NCBI RefSeq assembly: GCF_000181795.1
Contig: NW_003526943.1
Location: 6,540,122-6,604,121, forward strand
DNA from: Trichinella spiralis
Taxonomy: Eukaryota
DNA: 64,000 nt
Direction of reading: 5' to 3'
Positions 35,701 through 49,800 of the stretch are shown here, one piece after another. The position numbers and the translations under genes are program-made. How positions within the stretch are numbered: position 1 is the stretch's first letter; each line of letters opens with the position of its first letter. The notes below the pieces were generated by a model. That model saw only the letters and a list, made by a program, of their open reading frames with translations, searched no databases and was not told the DNA's origin.

Positions 35701-38700
35701 GACTCTTGCAATTCAGTGAATCGTGGCTTCCATTCATGCGAGTCGGAGTCAATACCTGGAGCCGAAAATTTTAATACATTAAATAATCTTCGTTCAAGTT
35801 CATTAGTCGAAAAAAGCACCTTCATTGTTGCATCGTGAAAATCGTTCAAGAAATTCGTCTGCAAACGATTCAACTGCAATGAACTTTCCACTTCTTCAAT
35901 TTTCTTCTGCGCAGCGGTCAGTTCGGCCGTTTTGGCTAATTTGTATTTTTCAAATTCTTTTTCCAAATCAATTTTCTCCCTCATCAACTGCAAACAACAA
36001 AGCACAAACTTATTAAATATGAAAATCACGCTACAAATAGCATCTCCAACTTCAATGTATTTCATTTCAGAGTCGACAGTTGAATCCGCTATTACTGTTT
36101 CCAAAAGTTCATTATCTTTTTCTGTTTCATCTGAAAATGAAAAATTACACCATATATAATCTTGAATACATCAGTAAAAATTAAAATATGAAGTGCATTT
36201 TTTTAATTATCATGTAAATGAGAAAAACCTTTGAAAATAAAACGCAGCCTTTTGTACAGATCCTCCAATTTTGTTTTCGCCTCGTCTTCGTTTGCCAACC
36301 AATCCGCCACTTTACCGAAAGCTTTCAAGCTGCGCAATTCGGCTTTCACTTCTTCCAATTCACAATTCAACAAAGTGATCTTTTCCAAATTCTTCAAATT
36401 TTCATTTCTCATCTGAACATCACAACCCTTAAAAAATTAATTGAACATCAAATTTTTACAAATGAATTTTGAATTTAACAAAAAAGCGAAACATTTTTGA
36501 CGCCAATTGCAGTTGTTTCTTCGTTCTTCAACTTCAGCAAAATCGACAACTTTTGCACAGCGGTCTCGTTTTCTTCGTACAACGCACGCCAGGCTTGTAA
36601 AGTCATTGCCAATTTCTGAGAGCAAAAAATTCAAATTTTACAATCCTCCAACAATTATTCACAATCCCCTGTACCGCTTTATCCGCTTCGAGCTTGCCAA
36701 TCAACCGCATGGCTCTGCAAAATTCCGCACCGAGAGGATTTTCTGCTGTCAAATCGATTGGGACAAATTCTAAATTGGAAAAAATATTTTAGAAAAAAAA
36801 TAATTTCACCAATATCACTTATCAGTGCTAGGAAAATTATTCAAGTAAATATCATTCATTGCAACAAGTTGTTTGTAAAAAATATACGCAGAAAAAATAA
36901 TCTTAACTATATCTCCTTGTATTTCAAAAAAATATACCAAAAAAATCCCATTCGACATGAAACAAAATGCAAAACTGAATTTAATCACCTGCAATTGTAC
37001 ACCGCCTTCCTAATTGTGCATTGCGCAAAATTGCTTTCAATCGTTGAATCTCAGCTAATAATTCAGGTGGACCACCGTTATAGACGTCTTCATTAATAAC
37101 AGCTCTGTTTTGGACAAGCTTTGCACGCTGAGCAAATTGCAATGTCGAAAGAACGTCTCCAAAGCTTCTTAAATTATAAAATAAAAATATCTAATCGTTA
37201 CAATAAATAATACTAATTCAATTTCACTTTAAAACAGGATAGATGTTCGCAATGATGCAAGTTTTCGCATTGCCACCGAGTGAGTCCTGAAAAATATCAG
37301 TTTCAACTGTCACAAAAATCACACTACCTTGCAATAGTGGAATTATACTCTCAGTAAAAATGTTAATTTCGAATCTCGATAAGGAACGTGACAATGCTTT
37401 CCTTGAGAAATTTGTACCAACGCTGTAATAACTTTGCCCAAAACAGACAACGATTTATTTATTGAACTAGCTTCCTAAAAAATAAGCAGAGTAAAATTAT
37501 AAAGATACTTTGATATATATATATAATTTATTTGATACTTTCAATCGGGCATCATCAGTTTCCGCAGTTTTTTGCCTCTCGCTACCAGCAAGGTCTACTA
37601 AATTAAAATGTGAAATTCGAACATTTTCTACACAACCCTTTCTTGTCTAAATAAAAAATGCATCATAAAAATCACAGGAACAACCATATTTCAAATTAAA
37701 CAACTCGTGATTCAATTATTATTGTAAAAACAGCATGACTGCGAGAACTCTCTCGATTCATCGATGTAGATGCTACTCTGCGATTGAAACATCCCTTTCG
37801 GAGAACCTGTAGAAATATAAAAAGTTTAAAATGCCTCAAAAACGCTAATTTTACCTTATACGCATCAGCAGCAGAGCAAACGGTCACTTCACTAAGACCC
37901 TCAACAAAAACACCCAGTTTCACACTCTCTCGTAAAGTCAATTTTGATGAAGTGGCATCCAATAAATCATACAACTGCTCGTTATACATCTCCACAAAAC
38001 TGCACTTGCACAAAAAATTCACATTTTGGGTTTGCTAAATTTCAATTTAAAATAGTTTACAAAAAAATTTCAACATACAATGAAATTTACTGCTCTGCTA
38101 AATAATTATTATTATAAAGAAGAAAATAATTGATACATAAGTTTCAATCTTGACAAATATAAATTCGTCAAGCCTCACGAAATATCACATAAATTAATTT
38201 AAGTAACAAACCGAACATTCAAATTAACAGCAACTCAAACACGTGATCTAACATTCGTTAGCGTAAACTTCAAAAAATTGATATCAGAAAAATATTAAAT
38301 GGAAAGTAAATCAAAAAATAAATACCGTTATCTCCTCAATACGACTAAACAGATATTCCAGTGACCTCGGAATTATCCCTCTTAATTTGTCATCAACGAC
38401 AGAAGATTCGTTAGCACACGGGCCTAAAATAACGCTGTTTTGAAACCACCGAAATTAGAAATTCACTGCCAGTTACCAATCATAGTGTATGTTTTTCCAG
38501 AACCAGTTTGTCCGCTAAAATAATTCATTAGAAAATATCATTTATGACAAAAATAAAAATACATACTAAGCAAATATAGTTCCATTATAGCCTTCAACAC
38601 ATCCGTCTATTATACTCTTACCGACACAAGTAAACATAGATTCCTAAACAAAATAATATTAAATTTAATAAAATTAAATTTAATAAAATTCAAAAAACCT

Positions 38701-38875
38701 GAGTAGCGCTTTCATCTGCTATTCGATCAAAAGTAAACGTTCTTGGATACGTTTTTAAACTTATATGACAATCATCTTTCACTTCGGCGCATGATACCAA
38801 ACTAGGTATACCTGAATTCGGAAGTGGTCTCAAACGAACGATAACTTTGATAAAATCAGCCGAATTCTCCAACAT
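32740..38875 (-). CDS. KIF15: Kinesin-12 / KIF15 (KLP2-like), multi-exon
   Basis: Motor domain: [60 protein letters not shown]. Long coiled coil, then KIF15/HMMR-type tail [14 protein letters not shown]...ENISLKEEL. Confidence 0.93.
33188..33350. repeat. Imperfect (CA/TA)n microsatellite in KIF15 intron
   Basis: catacacacacatatatatata... tract. Confidence 0.9.
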
Positions 38876-39889
38876 TTCCTCCGAAAACAACGCACAACAA
38901 ACAAACGACCTAAAATTAAAACAACTCGTCAACTTTAAACATACTGTAAAAGAAGAGCAGGTAATTCATTTCAAAATACTTTACATGACACTGTTAAAAA
39001 ATTTTACAAAAAAATAAAATTCATAATATAGAAAATAATTATATTTAATAATAAATCATTGTAATTTACCTGTATTTCAATTAAAACAAAATAAAGAAAA
39101 AAATAACGGCACCTCACGAATATTACCTACATTTATTACGGTAATAAAGAAAAGCAGGTATGATGTCGCTGCATTGATGTACATAAGAAGATCATTTTTC
39201 TTTAAAATTAGCATGTTTAAAAATTTTCAGTTAATTCGGAGAATTTTTGAAAATATTTATTAGTCATAATCTTCAATACACAATTTTTCTCCAATTTTAT
39301 AAATTTTCCGTAAAAAGTTTAATATTTCTTGATTTCGCTGCGAAATTTAATTATGATTATCTTTTAAAATAATTTCAATTATAAAAAAGTTTTAGTTTTT
39401 ATAATAGATAATGTAAAAGTGCTTCTCATTTACATAAATAAATCAAACTTTCATGAATCCAATGTCAACATATTTTTCTATAATTTTTACTTTAAAAAGA
39501 GGTTTCTCTTGAAGACTATTAAAATGAAATAACAGTTTCCTTTTATGGTCAAATGTAAATATTTGACTACTAAAATGAATTAATTTTAATAAATTGCTTT
39601 AACTGCAATTTGTAACTAAAAAAGAATAAACGAAATTCCTTCTCCAAAGAACGCTGGCAAAATTTGGGCGCTGTTGATCTATTCACGAAAACAGAAAAAA
39701 ACAGGACAAACTAGCAAGTATATATTTATTATTACTTAGAACAATACATTTAAAATCTTTGTTGAAATTAACATGGCTGCGTCACAAATTAACATGCATA
39801 TCAATTTTGAAGTATTGCTTCATAAATTACGTTGACTGAATTAGTCGCGTTTCCGTGCCCTCCTATATTTACACATACAGGCTATCATT

Positions 39890-40404
39890 TCAAGCATACC
39901 TAAAGATACACAAACATTAGTCATATATTTGCGTGAACATTGATTATATATATATGTTAACTTACTAAACTTGCCGTTCTTTAAAGTGGAAACAATAATA
40001 ACAAATCTTGTCTTTAACGGATATTTTTATTCCTATTTTACATGCAATCAATCATTGTACTTTTTCTTTACGTACACTGCAATTCCTGAAAACAGAATTT
40101 TTCACATAAGACAATTAAAGCTTACTTTTCCATGCATATTAGTACAGAAAATGTATTTTTTTAGTAGATGAAAGTGCTTTAAAACAGACATTGCTTACAG
40201 TTTCCAATCTAAGTTTTCTGAATTAAAAGCAGTGCTACGTGTGTCAAACGAAATGATATTAAACTTCTCCAAAACTCTCAGCACTGCATAAGGAATCAGA
40301 ATTGGCAAAATAATGTGCGTGAAAACAACAGCAATTACAATTAAAATGCTTATTGCATATACAGTAGAATTTTCAAGCTCTTCGTCTTCCTCGAGTTGGA
40401 TCAT
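39890..40404 (-). CDS. Small (~72 aa) single-pass membrane protein of unknown function
   Basis: MIQLEEDEELENSTVYAISILIVIAVVFTHIILPILIPYAVLRVLEKFNIISFDTRSTAFNSENLDWKL, GTAAGC donor, then TTTAG|GTATGCTTGA (39899-39890) giving ...WKLYA*; upstream TTTGCAGCAG acceptor. Confidence 0.55.
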
Positions 40405-43400
40405 TTTCGTCACTTTTCCTGCTGCAAACTGCTTGCTGTTTGCAAAATAGGTCAACAAGAAACTTGCCCATTGCTCTAGTTTTGCTTACAACCATCAACG
40501 TGACAAATTAAACTATACTGAACTTCGAAAATCTTTATATGTCATTTAATCAACTTGTTGGAAACTTTGAACTTTTCTATCAAGCAGTGCATATTACAAT
40601 TAAAACTTAAAACCTTCCATTTATTACCAACAAATGACAAGTTTTATTCAAAATTATTGCAGCGTTACAAAACATTATCAAAATTATTCTTTCAGATTTT
40701 ACACGCAACATTTAAACTTTTACTATAACGATACCCCATAAAAATAACAGTATTTTTAATAAAGAAAATCAGGTTTAACTGGGTTTGAATGTTGCTGGAT
40801 TTGTTTTACAATTACGAATTCAAGATGCGGATGGTTGCAAAACACAATTAAGCGTGCTAGATTTCTCCTCTCGATCAATCTGTAAACTCGGTTATTAAGT
40901 AGATAAAAATGCTAAATTACTTTTCGAATAATTTTGAATAATATTATCAAAACAATAAGTAAGAAAACTGGATTGTACTTCTTTGAATTTTAAAATTATT
41001 CTCATTTATTCTTTTAATTTCATCTGAGAATTTGAATGAGCCAAAATAATCGCAACTTATATTTAAGTGGTTCTTATCAGTGTCTGTATTCTGTGTAATG
41101 CACCTCTGTTGCATCTGTGTTTAACAGTATAATTTTATTTTATTATTATTTTTGCTAATATTACCTAAATGTGAATGCCCCAACTCTCAAATTACAAACC
41201 ATTAAGTTCTGAAATTATTTTAAGACATAGAAATTTCGCTTTGTATATCTGAATTAGAACTACCATCATGTCTTTTCATTACATCTTCCGTGATTACGCA
41301 GCGTGAAAAAACCGCAAGCAATTCAAATGATGGGTCACATATTTCAAGAATAAAAATGTAAAGAATATTAATTAATAAAAAAGAATAATAATAAATTTCT
41401 CAGAATCATACTTTCAGGAATTCGAAAAAACAGAAACAAAGTAATGATCATTGTTGATCAGTTTTATCAAGCATTGCTAAAATAAGAAGTGTTCAGTGTT
41501 CAATAATGTCTTTATATTTTAATTAATCAATTAAATATGAAATGCATTTTGCATTTTAATTTCAACTTCAAAGTTTGTGAGTGAAAACATACATATATTT
41601 GATTCATTTTATAAATTAAAAAAATCGTATAATTCAGCACTAATTTTAATAAAAATCAGTTAGCTTCTCTTCCATTTTTCAATTGCACACTTCTAATAAA
41701 ACATTTTTTAATGTTGAAATCTGAACACTTTGAAATCAAATTTCATTTTGTTAAAAAATATTCTAATTGTGCAGCAATAACTTCAATTTCAAAAAAAAAC
41801 TCTCACGCTTATTTTAAGCAAAATTAATCATAAAATAATCTGACATATGATAAGAAAACAATATCAATTTTTTCAACTGCTCAAGTGTAATAATAAATTC
41901 GTTTTAGATATAAATGATACAATACCACCGAGTACATAAATGCTCGTTTTCTATTAAAAATTGAAGACATTGATTCATCTTCATTTTTATTTACTGAGGA
42001 TAAAAGATCACACACTTTCCATGCATTACTTCATTTTTGGATGACACTTTTCAACAGAACTTATTCATTTGCGCATATTTATTAAATTGGCTGAATAAAA
42101 ATTCAAGTATGCTGAAATTTTACACACAAACACAATAAAGCACGGGATAAAATAATATTTGAAAAATAACTTTTATTAAACAATGTTTCCAATTTCAGTT
42201 CAATATTCAGATTACTACTTTCATATTAAAAAGTAATTTGTCAATAACAAAAAATAAAGCTTGAATGTTTACAGTAATTGATGTGACACCTCATTTTCTT
42301 AGAAAATGTTTATTGCGACCATTGCATCGTTTGTTAATCATCTTGTATGTTTTTTCATTATTTTTTAAACTTTTCTAAGAGGATGCAATTAATGAAAATA
42401 TTCCTTTTATCCGATTATGATAACATATTCGTATTCATAAATAATTTATCTATATTTATTTACATTTATCATTATCAAATTTTGCGTGCTTGTAAATGTT
42501 ACCATAGTTATCATATTTCAAGTAAGATTATGTAAGTTTCAAATAAGAGTCAGACAATTTTTTGAATTACAATTTTAAACTTTTTGTGATACACACACAT
42601 ATATATACAGCCTTAAATGGCAGCATCCAGTTTTTACTACGTTAACGTTTTGTTTGTAATTTGTTATTATTGTAATTAAATTATTTCTTTGGCCGGCATA
42701 TTACTACTACATATGTTTCATTGTATCTATTTTCATTATTTGCATTTAATGTTCATAATTAGCTAAATGAATAGTGACTTGTTGAAAATTTAGCAAGTCT
42801 AATGTGAACTGCAAAAATTGTTCTTCTGACATTAAGTATTTGCAGTGGTAGTTGAAGCTTTTCTATTCAAAACTGAAAATGAATTTAGCTAGAAGTGTGC
42901 ATGTATTAATAAATGAAAAGTATATATGTATAAGTTTTAAAATGTTTTTAAAAATGAATCACTCACCGTCATTGTTGCGTTTGTCGTTGTGCACACTACT
43001 CAGCTTTCGTGGCTTCTTCAGTTATTAAGTTCGTGAGCAGCTGACGCGTTGCAGTTACTCGTGATGCTGACGCTCAACTACTCTTATTTTGTTTTTCTTT
43101 CCATCGGTTAAGTAAGTTGTGGAATCTTCTGGCTTTTTCATGAAAAGTTTATGGTAGAGTTTTTCAGTTTAATACTTTTCTTTCGCTAGTAATGTTAAAC
43201 ATTAAAGTTTTTTTTTAAATGCATTAGATCAACAGAAGAGTAGTTTTGATGATTATTTACGGTTGTATTAGGTAGTAATGAATCGGCATCAGTTTTATGA
43301 AACTGATCGTCATGTTTTACGTTATTTTATAACCAAATAATGCATTTTGCATAAATTTTCAACTCTCACAACACGAATATCTTCAGATTTTTCTGCGATG

Positions 43401-43895
43401 CTACTTTTGCACATCTTATTTCGCATTGTCCAAATTAACAACAGTCTGTTTTAATTCTCGACTATACTTTTTAGTATGGAAATGAAAAATAAAGTTTGAA
43501 AGATTTTAATAAGAAATCAGTATTTTATTTAATAAAATAAGGCGGTTTAGTTGGGAAAATGCAATTGCGATTTTTTAAAATCAGAATTTATTTTTTAATT
43601 CTTATGTTGGACTTTATGATCACAGTATGACGACTACTTGAAGTTTTTTATTTGTAATGGGGGTACTGTAAATGAGAATATTTTCCATGTTTTTTATCGT
43701 AGGTTGTCATTTTTTGTTTTTTTGAATCAGTAAGTTGGTGCAGTTGTGTTATGTGTAACTTGAAGAAATAAATTCAAATTTATCAATACCTTGTATTGCT
43801 TGTGAATTACAAATTTCAAATTGCAGCAGCTTGTTTAACTCCTTTTAATTATTGTTTTTAGAACTAGCCGTGTGATTTCAACGTGAAAATAAAAA

Positions 43896-46800
43896 ATGAG
43901 CGAACAATCGTCGTCAGATCCACCACGAGGTCGACACAGCGATTATTTTTTGGAGACATTTCCTGCAGCCGAAAATTTTCTGGTGAGATATGATAACAAT
44001 ATGTTGGTCGATCGGGATTCCTTTGACATCGGTAATGTAATCGAGGTAAAAAACACAAATATACGACTGCTTGCCGGTTCGCCTAACAGTGTTAGACTAA
44101 CTTGCGTAGTTTCGGCTTTGATGTGTTTCGATCGGTTGGCATGGCGGTTGCTCATACGGGCATTGTTTTTTTAAGCATTTTTTGTTATGGAATTGGAGTT
44201 TTAAAGCAATTTATTGTTTTTTTTATTGAATACTGAGAGTTTGATCTAACTCTTAATTGGACCTTTCGTTTATTGGTGAATTAATTAATTAATTTGTTTT
44301 AGATGAATCCAAAAAAATTTGTAGAACGTCTGACAAAAATTAGAGACAATAAAAGGGACGTTTTGAATGCCATAGAAAAGTTAAAAGGGAAACTTGGAAT
44401 GGTATGGATTTCATTGATGTTCGTTCAATCTGACATTTCTTTACGTGTGACTGAATTTCAGATTGATAAAGACAAGTTGCAGAAGTTAATCAACCTGTAT
44501 GATGATTTGGCGAAACAAGAAGAAGAATATCTTTGTATATTCCGACAAGTTTTTGTAAGTTAAAAGACTGCGAAATTATTTTTAGAAAAAATGGCATATG
44601 GGTTCCAGTTGTATTTTCTGTTATTTTTAATGGAAAATGCAAGTACTCATATTTTGGATACCGTTTCAGGGAATGATGGAAAATATGAGAAGATGGTGCA
44701 CATTGTTATCTATTATAAAATTAAAAGCAGAATACTAGAAGGAAAAGAACGAACTTGATAAAAAAATATTTAGATTAAAATTGTTTGGAAATTAGAGGTT
44801 CCTCTTTTATCGTACATAGGTGGGGTGTAATGGTGTATAATACAGTTGAATTGAAGCTGATTTACGGTAGTGAAAGTTCTTAAATTTTATTTAAAATATT
44901 TCATGCAAAATTGCTTAGCCTAATATTGCTTTTGAAATTTCAAGTAATCACATTGAATTGAAATCAGTTTTTGTTCAAAAACTTAAGTAGAAAAGGAGAA
45001 AATTATTTTTAATTGTTGAACATCGAAAAGTACACGAAACGATGCCATTTAAGAATGAAATGTGCTGATCGGTTTTGTCTCTTTTATAGCCGAGAAAAAT
45101 TGGCAGCAGTGACAGTTTGCCTGGGGCAGTGGCGAGTAGCAATGCTAGTCAGTCGCCGGCAAGCCTTTCTCCCGGCCAACAAAAGGTATTTAAACTTGCT
45201 TTTTTCAGGCTACTGTACATTTTAATCTTTTACGTTTATTATCTTCACATACATTTAAATTATTTAGCTTGATGCAAATTATATTTTATAATCTGTGTTG
45301 TAGAAAGTAGAAAGTAATTATTCTATAAATGATCATTCGACAAATGTTTTGCTTTTGTTCATGCATGATTATGTGAATTTTTTTCGTCAGGTCATCTTTA
45401 GTTTTAATTTGTTCAGTATGCAGTTTATAGAACTTTTTGCTATTGTGGCATGTAATAATTAATATATTTTTAAGAAATGAATTCCGATATAAGCTTTTTT
45501 TAGCTATTCAGTATTGCCAACATAATTTGTGGATATTTTAAGATGCGGTGCTTTGTCACGTTTTATTCAAATTTTGAATTAGATAAACAGCTATTTGATA
45601 ACATTAATAGACAATGATTTGCAACGTTTGTTATACTGGTAGTTTATGACTAGTTAAGTATGTTTTTTTATGTGCTTAACATTGCATATGCAAAGTGAAA
45701 TGGGAGAGTAATTTTAACTTTTAGGATGTTGACCGGTTTAAATCATGAAGACCTTTTAAATATTTTCAATTATTATAAATTATTAATTATAATAATTTTA
45801 AATATTTCAACCTTTTAAATATATTATAATTTGAACAGTGCATTTTATTTATTTTTTGTTTAGTTGTGAAGTACATGCCTGTAAACTACAGTAGTAGCAT
45901 TCTTTTTTAGCACGCAGAGGTTCAAGATCCGAAACAATGTAATATTTTGGAAGCCCGCAGTAAAATGCAGAATTTAATGGAAGAACAGAGACTCGTGAGT
46001 GAACAAAATATATAGCCTTCTTGATTTATTTGAAATTTGCCTTCATTTTTTCACAGAATGAAATACTTCACGATTGTTCTAGAACTTGCATTGACTGTTC
46101 AGTTTTTATTAAGCACATAATTAGGCGTTGAGTGTAATGATCGTTGTTCATGCATTCATTGTTTTGGTGGAAAATTATTTTCTATCTTATTTAATTAGAA
46201 CTGTTTTTATTGCTATTTTTCTTTCATCATTAATATTATATATAATATGTCAGTATTTCTTAAAAAGTAATATTTGTTGTTGTTGTACAGTTCCAGGGAT
46301 TCTGCAATAGCATAATGTCTCGCATGGAGCAATTGCAAATGGAATTGAAAGAATTTGAACAGCCGAATGGTATGTAATGTTTTGGTGACGATGCTGTGGC
46401 TAATTTGGCGATTTTCTGGTAGGCTGTTATTTATTGTTGATTTATTTTTAGTTGTGAGTAATGAAAGCTTGGTATCTCATGTACAAGCATTGAAACAACT
46501 GGAAGAGAAACTAAAGATGGCAAAATTACTGTGCGCGCAAACTGTAGAAGCAGTATGTATTTATAATTTATTATACAAAATGAATATGTGTTTCAGTTGT
46601 TTATTATTATTATAATATTTTATTTGTTTTAAAGTGTTAACAATATTTTGATGAATATATTTTGCATTTTTTGTTCGCGTCATTTATAACAGCGATTGAT
46701 TGGTATTGTTTCATTGTAATGCTAAATATGCAAGCAACATTTTGCAAATTTTGAGAAAATATTCTAATGAGCAAGTTTTTCGAACACTGAAAAGTGCAAA

Positions 46801-49800
46801 CGCTTAGCGGTTTTAATTGAATTTATTTGCAACGTTGTTGAAACACATTGTTGCTATTTGATTTGATCGTTGCATTTTTGAAATGAATACGCTGAATGTT
46901 GAAACGTTTCTCTTCGTGTTGTGCTTAGCAAAAGTGCCGTTGCACATCATTTTTGCATTTACAGCAGTTTCACAGTTTTTTGGAATATCTGTTCTATTTC
47001 TGTTCTTTCAGCTTTAATGTCAACTTAATTTTTTATAAGAATAATTACTGCATTAGCTGTTTTGTTCGTTAATTTTTGAAAATGATGCTTTGCTAATATC
47101 ATATCGACGGTTGGGCTGTGCAAATCATATTTTTCCAAGGTCTCTTTTTGGACAGTGATAAAATGGCGTCTGTTGCGCGGAAGCGGCTGCTTCACGTGTG
47201 TTCTGTTGCTTTGCTTTTAGCTTGTTTCCGGTTGCCTGTTGGCTCCAATCAATAATTGATTCAATTTCTTTGCTTTGAATGAATATTCTCATGACCGACG
47301 CATATTCACTTGATGGTCAGTTGGCGTCGTTTGTCTTCTTCTCATAGTCTGTTGCTATATTGCTTGTCACATCGAGCCATTTGACCCTTTTCATTATCAT
47401 TAACATTTAGACCTTCTGTTCTAGTATTTATCAGTTTATGCTTCTTCTTCTTCATTGTTGCAACGCTATTTATTCATCTTTCTCGCTCTTGCTCTCTCTC
47501 TATTCAGTTTTACTTTTGTTTTGCAGCCGTAGCAGTAGTAGCTGGCAGTCGGCTTTTTCTCTTCTGCTTTGCTGTTGTTTGCTTGCAGAGTAGTTTCATT
47601 TTCACCTCTGCTTTTTTGTTCTCTTCAATTTTTATATGTTAATGAAGAGATATTTTATTTTGCTTCTTTATTATGAATAGTTTTTATACAGAATTATCCC
47701 ATTTTTTTTAGTTAAAGCAGAACGACTCTGGCAACGATATCGATACTGAATTGGCAGATTATGCACACAAACTGCGAATTCGTAAACAACACTTTGATGA
47801 TTTGTCGTTGCGGTTTGCGGAATTGGAACAATTCACTGACAATGGTGAAATTAGAAGTTGGAATAATTTTATTAAAAAGAGAATTATTATTTCAATTTGA
47901 TTTCTCTAGTTAAAAGCAATGGATCTGAACGATCATCATCATCAACGTGGACTCGACCGCCGTCGAACAACGACAACAAGTATACATATAAATGAATGGT
48001 GTTGATGCTTGTTAATTCATTTTGTATATGCATGGTTGCAATTGTAGTGCGATGGAGAAAGCCGTTTCGAACGACACAAGAGGAGGAGGAGGAGGATTCA
48101 AGGATAAAGAGCTGTCGTTGACATTTCCAGATTCTTGGCTGAGGAATTATGATTCGAAAATGAAGTAAAAAAGAGAAAGATTTTTCTTTTTATAAATTAT
48201 TCAGATTTAAATGGAAAATTTCAACTTGTCGCTACTGTTGTTCAGATATTCTCAGAAAGATGGTGGACTGGAAGGTGATTCGAGTCGAATGGACAGTTAT
48301 ACGAAGGCATTCCGCGACTTTGAACGAAAGTACTTGTTGAACGACGACGAAACGGATGCGACGGCATTGAAATTGCACGGTATATAATAATCAAAATTTT
48401 TCAATTCAGTGCAAAGTGAAATAGAATTTAATAATTTTGCGGTTATTGTTGTCGATGGTATAATTAATTTTGAATAAGTTCGCTGTCTTTTTTTTCCAAC
48501 TTTCAGTGAACGAAGGCGAAAATTCAGCAGGAATTTGTTCGTCGGACGCAGGCGGTGGTGAACAGATAGCGAACAGCAGCAACAACTGTCGATCAAGGTA
48601 TGAAAGAGAGAAAGAGAGAGAGAGATGCTGTGTTTGTTGGGAAGGGGTTTTGAAACGTTGCTTTTCAAATTTGTTCGTTGGTGATTTTTTTTTCAGCGAA
48701 TGCAGAGCAGCAGATGGAGCAGCAGGAGTTGGAGGAGGAGCCGGCGCGTCAGTTGTGACGGCAACTATTGGCGGTAGTGGATTGTCCGAAAAATCCACCA
48801 CCGACAATTTGGCGAAGACGATTCGCAGACGAATTGTCGAAAAGCTGCCGTTGTCCGGCTTCAAACAAAGTTCCCAAAGGCACAAGGGTCGTATACAGCA
48901 CTGTAACAGCAGTAGCAGTAGCAGCAATATGCTCATCAACGGCGGCGGTGGCGGCACCAACAACAACAACAACAGTAAACAGTTGAGGTACGAGATTCCG
49001 ACGACTAACGACAGCGGCGGTGTGGCCACTGTTAGAGAGGAAAAGCTTGAAAAGTTGAAACATTACATTGATATGATCAAGAAAATATGCGACGGCATGC
49101 TCGAAGATGCGGGCGACGGTTGTTCGCACGTACCGTTGACCAGCGGTCGAGCCGGTCGTTCGGAAGCGACGGGGGCGGAATTGATCAGTAAAAATCTGTG
49201 CATGGGATGCGCGCAGCAACAACAACAACACCAGTCGTTGTTGTTGGCCGTGTTGAACTGCCAACAGCAGATTCAAATACAACAGCAGATGGAATTCACC
49301 ATGCTGCGCAAGTGGTTCGAAAATAGCAACAGTTTCGGGCGGAATGTGGAAGAGTGCCATGGGCGTCGTTCGTCCAGTGAAGCGACAGCGACGAGGCAGC
49401 GTTTCCATGCAAATGAGCAGCACCAGTTGTCGGACGAACGTCGTCGCTGTTTCACGAGAAAAAATCATCCACAACGATCCAGGCGTATGTCCGGCAAGGG
49501 CGCCGCTGCCGAAAGCACCAATAAGCACGGCAGGCGTGTGCCGAGTCGTCTGCGTCGTCGAATTCCGTGTTCTCTGCGGCAAAGTCCGGACGATCTCGAA
49601 TCGTCGGGTTTGTCGGTGACTGCGTCGGGACGGTTGCAGAGCCGGGGCCAGACCCGTCGTGATGTGGTTGTTCACGATCGAGGCGCCAGTGATGTTTCTT
49701 ATGCTAATTTGGGTTGTTGTGCCAGTGGTGCTGGTGGTGATGGTGCTGCTGCTGGTGCTATTGGTCAACCGATGACATTTTCGGAATTCTTATTTAACAA

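Noticed and set aside
48406..49768. Antisense ORFs (207 aa, 339 aa) over the large PCM1-like exon
   Set aside because: Shadow frames of GC-rich, trinucleotide-repeat-rich coding sequence.
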